NCBI GenBank assembly: GCA_963781885.1 | Contig: CAWAHW010000007.1 | Location: forward strand, 448,001-512,000 | Origin: an uncultured Spirochaetota bacterium | GTDB lineage: Bacteria; Spirochaetota; Spirochaetia; SZUA-6; Fen-1364 | Reading direction: 5' to 3' | Length of the DNA stretch: 64,000 nucleotides | In this document: positions 9,080 through 17,839 of the stretch, in pieces | Layout: each line of letters opens with the position of its first letter | Position numbering within the stretch: position 1 is the stretch's first letter | Position numbers and translations under genes: made by a program | Notes under the pieces: generated by a model | Told to the model about the DNA's origin: nothing | What the model saw: the letters and a program-made list of their open reading frames with translations, nothing else | Database searches by the model: none

Positions 9080-10501
9080 ATGGAAATGAAGTCGATCACA
9101 AAGGCATGCCTGTTCGTCGCCGCCGCGGCGCTTCTCATCCTTGCCGGCTGCAGCGGGTCTGGCGCGCCGTCGGGCGGAAGCCCCGGCGCGGTGTCAGGCG
9201 CCGGCGGGCAGTCGGCAGCAGCGACACGCCCAGCAGCGGGCGCTTTCGGCGGCGGCCAGAGCGGAGGCAGGCGCTTTGCGACGATACCCGTGCAGGCGGT
9301 TATCGTCCAGTCGGGGCCGCTCGTCACGGACAATGACACGGCCGGCGTCGTGACCGCCGTGACACAGAGCCAGGTCGCCGCACAGGTTGCAGGCGTTGTC
9401 GCGAAGGTGTTCCACAAGCAGGGTGATCGGGTCAACGCAGGCGAGCCCGTGGCGCAAATCGACGATTCCACCTTCAAGCTCTCGGTGCGCAATGCCCAGT
9501 CCGCGTTGGACAGCGCAAACATCAACCTGGCGATAGGAGAACAGACTGCCACGGGAAACGGTCCAAAGCTCCAATCCCAGCTGGAGTCGGCGAAAAATTC
9601 CCTCGATTCCGCGCAGAAGAACTACGATTCCCAGAAGGCGCAGTACGATCTGGGAGGTATTTCAGCCTCGGCTCTGGACAATGCCAAGAGCCAGCTCAGC
9701 CAGGCGCAGGCAAACGTGCAGGCGGCCCAGCTCGCCTTTGACCAGAACGATCAGGCGGCGACGGAGAGTGTCGCGCAGTTGAAGCTCGCCGTCGACCAGG
9801 CGACCAACGCCCTGGAAATGGCGAAACTCAATCTCCAGAACGTATCCATTCGCGCCCCCTTCGACGGACAGCTGGCGAACGTCAATGTGACTCCCGGATC
9901 CTATCTGAGCCTGAACTCGCCGGCGTTCCTCCTCGTGAGCACGAACAAGCAGATCGACTTCTCCGAGCCCCCCGCGGACGCCCCCGGCTTCAAGATAGGG
10001 GATTCCGTGACCTTCACATTCGCGGGGAAGAGCTACCCGGTTCGTATTACCCAGACCCCTGCCGCGCCGATCAACGGCGTCGTGCCGATGACGGCTTCCG
10101 TGCCCGCGGGGATCCCCGTTTCCTACGGCACCGTCGGTACGATCGTCTACAAGCTCACAATCGGGGACGGTCCCCAGATACCGCTGAGCGCCCTGCAGAG
10201 CCGGGCGGATATCAACTTCGTTTATACAATCCAGAACGGCAAGGCTGTCGAGGTTCCCGTGATCATCATCGCCGAGGCGGGCACCACGGCCGTGGTGCGG
10301 GGACTGAATGCGGGAGACCAGGTGGTCCTCAACCCGCCGCCGGGCCTGCTCAGTGGTTCCACCGTGCAGGTGGTGGCGGCGCCGCAGGCGGCGGCTCCCG
10401 CGGCCGTTCCGCAAGGTCAGAAGACCGGGCAAGCCGGCGGCACTGGCGGCGCGCGGCCTCCCGGCGCCACCGGGAAGTCCACAGGGGGAGGAACCCCATG
10501 A
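9080..10501 (+). CDS. RND efflux periplasmic adaptor (MFP) lipoprotein
   Basis: Lipobox LAGC; lipoyl half-motifs VAAQVAGVV..GDRVNAGE and IRAPFDGQL; long coiled coil; GLNAGDQVV. Confidence 0.9.
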   Translation: MEMKSITKACLFVAAAALLILAGCSGSGAPSGGSPGAVSGAGGQSAAATRPAAGAFGGGQSGGRRFATIPVQAVIVQSGPLVTDNDTAGVVTAVTQSQVAAQVAGVVAKVFHKQGDRVNAGEPVAQIDDSTFKLSVRNAQSALDSANINLAIGEQTATGNGPKLQSQLESAKNSLDSAQKNYDSQKAQYDLGGISASALDNAKSQLSQAQANVQAAQLAFDQNDQAATESVAQLKLAVDQATNALEMAKLNLQNVSIRAPFDGQLANVNVTPGSYLSLNSPAFLLVSTNKQIDFSEPPADAPGFKIGDSVTFTFAGKSYPVRITQTPAAPINGVVPMTASVPAGIPVSYGTVGTIVYKLTIGDGPQIPLSALQSRADINFVYTIQNGKAVEVPVIIIAEAGTTAVVRGLNAGDQVVLNPPPGLLSGSTVQVVAAPQAAAPAAVPQGQKTGQAGGTGGARPPGATGKSTGGGTP

Positions 10502-13500
10502 AAAGCCTTCGCGATATTGAGACGACCGTCTTTAACCGGATCAACCCGGCCGTCAGCTTTTCCGTCCGCAGATACGTCCTCGCCGTGGGGATATTCCTGG
10601 CGATCGTCGTCTTCGGCATCGTCTCGATGCTGGGTCTTGGCATCGACCTGCTTCCCGCGGTGAACATCCCCGTCGTCGTCGTGAGCACGGGCTTCCCCGG
10701 CGCGACCCCGACCGTCATGGACCAGCAGGTGACGCAGCCGATCGAAAACCTCCTTTCTTCCGTGAGCGGCATCACGGACATCAGCTCGACGAGCTCGATC
10801 GGCATCAGCAGGGTGATCGTCAGCTTCGATGTCAGTACGGACAAGAACGCGGTTGCAAACCAGGTGGCATCGCTCGTCGCGGGTGCCGTGCGGAAGCTTC
10901 CCGCGGGGATCAATGCACCGACGGTCGGGACGTTCGATCCCAATTCGCAGGCCATCATCCAATTCGGGGTCGCCGGCGGCGCCGCGAGCATCGGGGACGT
11001 GTCGCTGTACGTGACGAACACGCTGATCCCGTCCCTGGAGCTCGTGCCGGGCGTGGCGAACATCACCCTTGACGGCGCGCCGGCGCGCCAGTTCCAGGTG
11101 CTGCTCGATCCGAACAAGCTGAAGTATTTCAACATCGTGCCCAGCCAGGTCGTCGCCGCGATCACCAACCAGGCGATCAACACGCCCATCGGGACTATCG
11201 CCAGCAAGGACAGCACGCTCACCTTTTCCACGCAGAATACGCCGGCCGACATCACCGCGGTCGAGCACATTGCGGTCGACGCCACGCGCGGGATCCAGGT
11301 TGACGATATCGGCAGCGTGCGGGATGTTCCGACCCCGACGAACTACGCGCGCGTGAATGGAAAGCCGCTGGTGCTCGTTTCAATCCAGCGCACGACTGAT
11401 TCAAACTCCATCGCGGTGGTCGACGCGGTGCGTCGCACGCTCAAAAACACCGTCATGCCCTCCGGCTATTCCGTCACATTCAGCAACGACACCACGGGAC
11501 CCATTCGCGCGTCCGTCGCCTCCACATACCACGAGCTTTTCCTCACGGCGCTCGTGGTCGCCCTCATCGTGCTCCTGTTCCTCGGAAAACTGAACACAGC
11601 CCTGTCGGTCATCCTTGCGATACCCATCGCGCTTTCCGCCTCCCCCATCCTGTACAACCTGGCCGGCTTCTCCTTTAACCTCGTATCTCTCCTTGCCCTT
11701 ATCATCGCCATTGGCATCGTGGTGGACGACTCCATCGTGGTGTCGGAGAATGTGGAGCGGTATCGCGCAATGGGATTCAGCCTCAAGGAGTCCGTGCTCA
11801 AGGGGGCGAGCGAGGTCTTCAGCGCCGTCGTTGCCGCCTCGCTGTCCCTTCTCTCGGTCCTTCTTCCCGTGAGCTTCATCGGCGGTTTCATCGGCCGCTA
11901 TCTCCAGCAATTTTCCCTCGGCCTCGCCGCTGCGGTGGCCTTGTCGCTGCTGGAGGCCGTTCTTTTCCTCACCGTCCGGCTGGCCTACACGCCGGAAACC
12001 AAGACCCAGACCTGGGGTGACTTCTTCAAGAGCTGGATCGAGCTGCCCAAGGCCATTACGTGGGGATGGAAGGCGTGGCGGAAGCCGCTGGGCATCATTG
12101 TCGGTGTCGTGCTTGCTCTTGGATTGTGGATCTTCATGCACCATTGGTATTTTGTGGCGGCCGTTGTCGCGTATCCGCTCGTCCTGGGGATCGGCTACTA
12201 TGTCATTCGCATGGCGCTCTCCCTGCTCCAGGCGCTCACGTCCACGCTTCATGGATGGACGGAAACGGGCCTGGAATGGATTCGCGACGCATACACGCGC
12301 GGACTATCGGCGATCCTCCACCGCGGCGGCTGGATCCTCGCCGTGGCCCTTGTATTCCTGGTTGCTTCCGGCGTGATCATCCTTCCCCGTTTGCCGTTCA
12401 ATTTCGTGCCGACAACCGATTCGGGTTTCATGGGCGTGAGCATTCGTCTGCCCAACGGGACCCCGACGCTCGTCGCCAACCAGGATACGGCCCGGGTGGA
12501 AAACTATCTCATGCAGCGCCCGGAAGTCGTGACTGTCCAGACAACGGTGGGCAACTCCGGACAGATCACGATCCAGCTCGCGCCTGTCGGAAAGAGACCC
12601 GGCGTCCTTGCCCTTTCCGCGATCTACCGCCAGGACATCCTCGCGCTCTTCCGTGACCAGCCGTCCGTGCAGATCTCGATCAACGCCGCCAGCGGCGGTG
12701 GCGGATTCGGCGGCGGCGGATTCAACAGCACCTCGCTGCAGCTCAATCTTGTCGCGGCCGACTACAACGTTCTGCTGAGCCGCAACAACGCGGTCATTCA
12801 GCAGCTGCAGGCCAATCCGTACGTGTCGGACGTGAGCTCGAGTCTTTCGCAATTGAATATTGAGAACGATTTCATTCCCAACGCATCGAAAATGAGCGGC
12901 ACCGGCATTTCGGTCGACCAGGTGGCGGGCGCTCTCCAGACCTACACCACGGGGCTGCAGGCTTCCAATGTGATCACGGGAGGTCTCAGCTATCCCATCC
13001 AGGTGATGGCGGACCCGACCGCAATTTCCGGTGGCCAATCCCTGCTCACAATGCCGATCTATTCCCCGAGCACGGGCCAGGCGTTGCAGATCGGCCAGCT
13101 CGGGCAGTTCGTTCTGCAAGAGGCGCCCGTGAGCCTGAGCCGCGACAACCGCCAGTATACCGGCCAGCTCACCGTCAACCTCAAGCCCAACGCTCCGACA
13201 GCGCTCACGATGCAGAATCAGATCACGAACGATCTCACCAAGTCCGGGCTGGTGGGAGGAGACGTGTCCCTGACGGCCGGCGGCGGCAGATTCTCCCAGA
13301 CCAGCCTTGCCGCGTCGCTTGCAGGCACTGGCCTGATCACCTTCCTGCTTGCTTTGTTCCTCGCCTACCTGGTCATGGCGGCCCAGTTCAACTCGTGGCG
13401 CTATCCCATCTATTTGCTTCTCCCCGTTCCCCTCGCCCTGGTCGGCGCGCTCTGGCTCGTCTTCCTCCTCGGCGGCGGTCTGGATATCTTCGGCCTCATG

Positions 13501-13866
13501 GGCATGCTGATGCTCATCGGTCTCTCCGCGAAGAACGCCATCCTGTACCTCGATTTCGTCGTGGAGAGAATCGGCAAGATGCCCTTCAAGGACGCGCTGA
13601 TAGAAGCGGCCCAGCTCCGTTTCCGACCCATCGTCATGACAACGCTCACGGTTCTCGTCATCAGCTTCCCGCTGATCCTCAGCAAGGGCCAGGGTTCCGA
13701 GTTCGGACAGAAGATGGGCATCGTGATGCTGGGCGGGATCCTCTTCTCGGCGATTCTCACATTCTTCGTCGTGCCGGCCGCGTTCTACCTGTTCGAGCGG
13801 GCGCGCGTGGCCAAGGTGGAAGCAAAGGAGAGGGACCTCGTGGCGGAGGCCGCCGCGAGCAACTGA
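10498..13866 (+). CDS. AcrB/HAE1-family RND permease
   Basis: GIVVDDSIVVSEN, AKNAILYLDF, RFRPIVMTT proton-relay motifs. Confidence 0.93.
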   Translation: MKSLRDIETTVFNRINPAVSFSVRRYVLAVGIFLAIVVFGIVSMLGLGIDLLPAVNIPVVVVSTGFPGATPTVMDQQVTQPIENLLSSVSGITDISSTSSIGISRVIVSFDVSTDKNAVANQVASLVAGAVRKLPAGINAPTVGTFDPNSQAIIQFGVAGGAASIGDVSLYVTNTLIPSLELVPGVANITLDGAPARQFQVLLDPNKLKYFNIVPSQVVAAITNQAINTPIGTIASKDSTLTFSTQNTPADITAVEHIAVDATRGIQVDDIGSVRDVPTPTNYARVNGKPLVLVSIQRTTDSNSIAVVDAVRRTLKNTVMPSGYSVTFSNDTTGPIRASVASTYHELFLTALVVALIVLLFLGKLNTALSVILAIPIALSASPILYNLAGFSFNLVSLLALIIAIGIVVDDSIVVSENVERYRAMGFSLKESVLKGASEVFSAVVAASLSLLSVLLPVSFIGGFIGRYLQQFSLGLAAAVALSLLEAVLFLTVRLAYTPETKTQTWGDFFKSWIELPKAITWGWKAWRKPLGIIVGVVLALGLWIFMHHWYFVAAVVAYPLVLGIGYYVIRMALSLLQALTSTLHGWTETGLEWIRDAYTRGLSAILHRGGWILAVALVFLVASGVIILPRLPFNFVPTTDSGFMGVSIRLPNGTPTLVANQDTARVENYLMQRPEVVTVQTTVGNSGQITIQLAPVGKRPGVLALSAIYRQDILALFRDQPSVQISINAASGGGGFGGGGFNSTSLQLNLVAADYNVLLSRNNAVIQQLQANPYVSDVSSSLSQLNIENDFIPNASKMSGTGISVDQVAGALQTYTTGLQASNVITGGLSYPIQVMADPTAISGGQSLLTMPIYSPSTGQALQIGQLGQFVLQEAPVSLSRDNRQYTGQLTVNLKPNAPTALTMQNQITNDLTKSGLVGGDVSLTAGGGRFSQTSLAASLAGTGLITFLLALFLAYLVMAAQFNSWRYPIYLLLPVPLALVGALWLVFLLGGGLDIFGLMGMLMLIGLSAKNAILYLDFVVERIGKMPFKDALIEAAQLRFRPIVMTTLTVLVISFPLILSKGQGSEFGQKMGIVMLGGILFSAILTFFVVPAAFYLFERARVAKVEAKERDLVAEAAASN

Positions 13867-13981
13867 TCCGCCGACCGTGCACGGCCGGCGCGGAATTGTT
13901 TTGCCGGGGCACGGCCCCGATTCGTACCTTCAGGATACGCGCCCGGGCTCGGGACCGTGAACGGCGCGACGGAGGTTCGTC

Positions 13982-14182
13982 ATGAAATGGGTTCTGATCG
14001 TCCTGGGGATCCTTCTCTTCCTGTTGGGCGGCGTCTGGCTTCTCCAGGGTCTGAACGTTTTCACACAGGGAGCCATGGCCGGCAAGAGCCAGTGGACCCT
14101 GATCGGGTCGATCGTCGCAGCGGTCGGCATCATCGTCGAGGTAATCGGCGCGACGCGGAAGAGGAAGGTGAAGACCGCGTAG
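13982..14182 (+). CDS. Small two-TM membrane protein
   Basis: GGAGG SD; two hydrophobic helices and a basic tail. Confidence 0.75.
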   Translation: MKWVLIVLGILLFLLGGVWLLQGLNVFTQGAMAGKSQWTLIGSIVAAVGIIVEVIGATRKRKVKTA

Positions 14183-14268
14183 AGCCCCCCCGGGGCACGC
14201 GCCCTTGCACACCGCGTCCGTGTCATGCAAGCCTTGATCGTGACGCGGTGTCATATGGATTCCCGCTC

Positions 14269-16788
14269 ATGATCGATTTCTCCCTGACCGGTCTTCCCCT
14301 CGTTCCCTTTCTGCCGCGCATATCAGCCCTCCTGGAGGGGCACCGCGGCCTGGCGCTCACCGCGGAGCCGGGCGCGGGCAAATCGACGCTTGTCCCTCCC
14401 TTCCTGATGGACGAGCCGTGGCTGCAGGGTCGGACAGTCATCATGTTGGAGCCGCGGCGCCTCGCTGCCGTTGCCGTGGCAACGAGGATGGCGCAGCTCC
14501 TGGGTGAGCAGGTCGGCCAGAGGGCGGGTTACACGGTGCGCGCCGCGTCGCGCACGGGTCGGCAGACGCGCATCGAGGTGGTGACCGAGGCGCTCCTCAC
14601 CCGCAGGATCCAGCAGGACCCTCTTCTGCAAGGCGTGGGCGTTGTGATCCTCGACGAGTTTCACGAGAGGTCCATTCACGCCGATCTCGCACTTGCGCTG
14701 GCACTGGAGGTGCGCCGCGCGCGGCCCGACCTCGCCCTGCTTGCCATGTCGGCCTCACTCGAGACGGACGGCGTCGCGGCACTCCTGGGCACGGCAGTGC
14801 AGCCCGCCCCCGTCCTTCACTGCGCGGGAACGGTGCATCCGGTGCGCACCGAGTACCGTCCCCTGCCGCAGACCGGCCGCTGGGAGGAGGCATTCGCGGA
14901 CGGCCTGGCGGGCCTCTTCGAAGAGACCGACGGCGACATTCTTGCATTCCTTCCCGGCGCGGGTGAAATCCGACACACTGGTGCGCGTCTTTCCGGGGCG
15001 CTGGGCAACCGCGCGGAGATATTTCCCCTCCATGGAACGCTTCGCCTGGAGGAGCAGAGGCGCGTGATCGAGCCGCCGCGCGGCCCGCAGGCGGGAGAGC
15101 CGCGCCGACGCGTCATCCTTGCCACGTCGATCGCGGAAACAAGTCTCACCGTCCCCGGCATCACAACCGTGGCTGACGCCGGCTGGGCGCGGCTCTCGCG
15201 GCTCCACCCGCCGACCGGTCTCGATCGCCTGGTCACCGAGAGGGTGAGCGCCTCCTCCGCCGAGCAGCGTCGGGGAAGGGCAGGCCGCCTTGGTCCGGGG
15301 CTCTGCGTCCGATACTGGCCGGAATCGGAGCGGCTGTTGGAAAGGCCGGATCCTGAGATCCTGCGCACGGAGCTCTCCGGCCTCGTGCTCGAATGCGCGA
15401 TCTGGGGCGCCCGCGCCCCCGGGGATCTTTCCTGGATGGACAGCCCCGCTGTCCCGGTGTGGACCCAGGCGTGGGAGACACTCCGCATGCTCGGGCTCGT
15501 GGATGCCTCCGGACCCACCGACCTGGGCAGGGCCGTGGCCGCGCTGGGGCTCGCGCCGCGGCTGGGTGTTCTCGTGACCCAGGGCGCGGCGGCCGGGCAG
15601 CCCGTGCTTGCCGCAGCCTGCGCGGCGATCCTGCAGGAGCGGGACGCTTCCGGCGTCGCGCGTGACCCGGACTTCCGGCTGCGGCTGGAGCTGATCCGCA
15701 CCGGAGGGGGTGGCGGGGACTCCTGGCGCAGGTCGGTGGAAACCGAAATGGGAAGGATCCTGCGCCGGCATCGTCCCGCGGAAGGCGCCGTCTACGGGTG
15801 GAGCGAGGAGCAGGAGCACGCGGTCGGCGCGCTGCTGGCCGCCTCCTTCCCCGACCGGCTTGCGCGGCGCGATCCCGACGGGTCCTACCGGCTCGTCACG
15901 GGGCGGACGGCGCATTTCCCGTCCATCGGAAAGGTGACAGGCCCCCGTGTGGCCGCCGCAAGCCGGGCCGCCGGACCGTGGGTGGTGGTCTTGGACGCCG
16001 ACCCCGGGGAGTCGGCCGGTTTCATCCGGCTTGCGGCGCCCGTCCGTGCGGACATCGCGTCGGAGGTGCTCGCGCGCGCCACCGAGGAGAGCACCGAGAT
16101 CCGGTGGGAAGGCCTCGTGCCGCGCACCTTCGTCGTGCGCCGCGCAGGCCGGCTCGTGCTCGCGGAAAGGCCGGGCGCTGCCGCGCCGCCGCTCGTGGCG
16201 GAATCCTTTCTGGCGCTGGTGGAGAAAAAGGGGGCGGGAATCCTTCCCTGGAACACGCAGACCACGCGCCTGCTCGCCCGCATGCGCACGTTCGCGCGCG
16301 CCTTCCCCGACGCGGGTCTGCCCGGGCTGTCCGATGCCGAGCTTGCCGTCACGGCTGCCGCGTGGCTTGCCCCCTTCCTGAGGCTGTCCGGCGGACAGGT
16401 GCTCAACGCCGCCGGGCTGCTTTCCGCCCTGCAGGCGATGCTCGGCAGCCTGTCGGGCAGGCTCCAGAGGGAGGCGCCGGAGAGCATCACGCTCCCGACG
16501 GGGGGAAAGCGGGCGGTGGACTATGAAGGGACGGAGCCTGCGGTGGAAGCGCGCATCCAGGAGGTATTCGGCCTGGCGCAAAGCCCCCGCATCTGCGGGG
16601 CGCCGCTCACCTTCCGGCTGCTCTCCCCATCGCAGAGGCCGCTGCAGATCACGCGCGACCTTGCGAGCTTCTGGCAGACCGGCTACGCGGACGTGCGCAA
16701 GGAGATGCGGGGCCGGTACCCCCGGCACTACTGGCCGGAGAATCCCCTGGAGGCCGAGCCCACGAATCGCGTGAGGCCCCGGGGATGA
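14269..16788 (+). CDS. hrpB: ATP-dependent helicase HrpB
   Basis: AEPGAGKST, LEPRRLAA, DEFHERS, ATSIAETSLTVPG, QRRGRAGR; HrpB C-terminus QITRDLASFW..Y..VRKEMRGRYPRHYWP. Confidence 0.93.
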   Translation: MIDFSLTGLPLVPFLPRISALLEGHRGLALTAEPGAGKSTLVPPFLMDEPWLQGRTVIMLEPRRLAAVAVATRMAQLLGEQVGQRAGYTVRAASRTGRQTRIEVVTEALLTRRIQQDPLLQGVGVVILDEFHERSIHADLALALALEVRRARPDLALLAMSASLETDGVAALLGTAVQPAPVLHCAGTVHPVRTEYRPLPQTGRWEEAFADGLAGLFEETDGDILAFLPGAGEIRHTGARLSGALGNRAEIFPLHGTLRLEEQRRVIEPPRGPQAGEPRRRVILATSIAETSLTVPGITTVADAGWARLSRLHPPTGLDRLVTERVSASSAEQRRGRAGRLGPGLCVRYWPESERLLERPDPEILRTELSGLVLECAIWGARAPGDLSWMDSPAVPVWTQAWETLRMLGLVDASGPTDLGRAVAALGLAPRLGVLVTQGAAAGQPVLAAACAAILQERDASGVARDPDFRLRLELIRTGGGGGDSWRRSVETEMGRILRRHRPAEGAVYGWSEEQEHAVGALLAASFPDRLARRDPDGSYRLVTGRTAHFPSIGKVTGPRVAAASRAAGPWVVVLDADPGESAGFIRLAAPVRADIASEVLARATEESTEIRWEGLVPRTFVVRRAGRLVLAERPGAAAPPLVAESFLALVEKKGAGILPWNTQTTRLLARMRTFARAFPDAGLPGLSDAELAVTAAAWLAPFLRLSGGQVLNAAGLLSALQAMLGSLSGRLQREAPESITLPTGGKRAVDYEGTEPAVEARIQEVFGLAQSPRICGAPLTFRLLSPSQRPLQITRDLASFWQTGYADVRKEMRGRYPRHYWPENPLEAEPTNRVRPRG

Positions 16789-16812
16789 AGGATCGTTCCC
16801 CGGGGCGTTCAA

Positions 16813-17606
16813 TTACCTTTTCTTTGGCTTCTTGACCGCTGCTTTTTTCTTCGGGGTTGCCTTTTTTTTGGCCGCCGGCTTTTTCCCGGCCACCCGCTTC
16901 TTCGGCTTTGCTTTGGTCTTCGCCTTGGGCGCGGGCTTCGGCGTGCCGACCGGGCGGCGTGCCTCGAGCTTCTTCACCTGCTTCTCCAGCGTTTGCGCGT
17001 AGTCCTCGAGATGCTCGACGACGTGGAAGATGTCCTCCATGGCCTCGTCGTACAGCTCGCGTGCCTTTGCCGGATTCGTCCGGGTGAGATCGCGCAGGTT
17101 GTAGAAGGCGATGGTTGCCCCCTCGGGTCCGGCGACGATGTCGGCGAGCCGGTTCTTGTGACGGAATATCGCGGCGGCGCCGAAGGTGGTTCCGGCCTTG
17201 TACGCCATCTCGGGGATCTTCCATTGTGCGCCGCGCCGAGGACCACCTCGCAGACGGTCACCGCGCTTTCGCCCTTGCGGATGATGACCTCACCCGGCCG
17301 GTAGGTGCGCGTCGGCGCGGCAGGCGCGAGAGCCGGGGCGGCGACCGGCGCGGCAGTCCCGGTGCCGAGCTGAACGTAGGAGCCGGTCACCTTCGTCGCC
17401 TCGGGGTTCACCAGGGCGTGCGTCCGGCCGTAGAGCGCGTCGTGCTTGATGTATGCCATGTTGCGGGCGATCTTGACGGCCTCGGAATCGACGTCCGCCT
17501 CCGTGGCCCCCATGATGTTCTCCTTGACGACGATCTCAGGAAAGAACGGACAGCCGGGCTCCCTGCACCTGACTTTGAAAACCGCTTCCTTCAATCTGAA
17601 CGACAT
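16813..17606 (-). CDS. Hypothetical protein: Cys/His motif, cNMP-binding-like domain and Lys/Ala/Pro histone-like tail; 1-nt frameshift near 17221
   Basis: AGGAGG SD; YRPGEVIIRKGE... continues into YKAGTTFGAAAIF..NRLADIVA in the adjacent frame; tail KPAAKKKATPKKKAAVKKPKKR. Confidence 0.7.
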
Positions 17607-17839
17607 GACATTCCTCCTTGGCGATCACTATATTTCAATTATATGCGTCCCCCTCATCGATTGCACGTTGAAATCCTGGAAACGGCATCCCCCTCGGCCG
17701 CAGGGAAGAAGCTCTTGTCTTGGAATTTCGGCATATTCCACGGTTTTCCCGCGGTCGGCGGCCCTTCCAAACTCTGCATAAATATGCATGAGATGTATTG
17801 ACCATGCCTCGCGCGGCATGCGATAACTGCCCCACGACG

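Noticed and set aside
13957-14268. N-terminal extension of the HrpB ORF (similar over-extensions at 5522, 34166, 39243, 48747, 52506)
   Set aside because: These overlap real neighbouring genes or promoters; family similarity starts at downstream start codons
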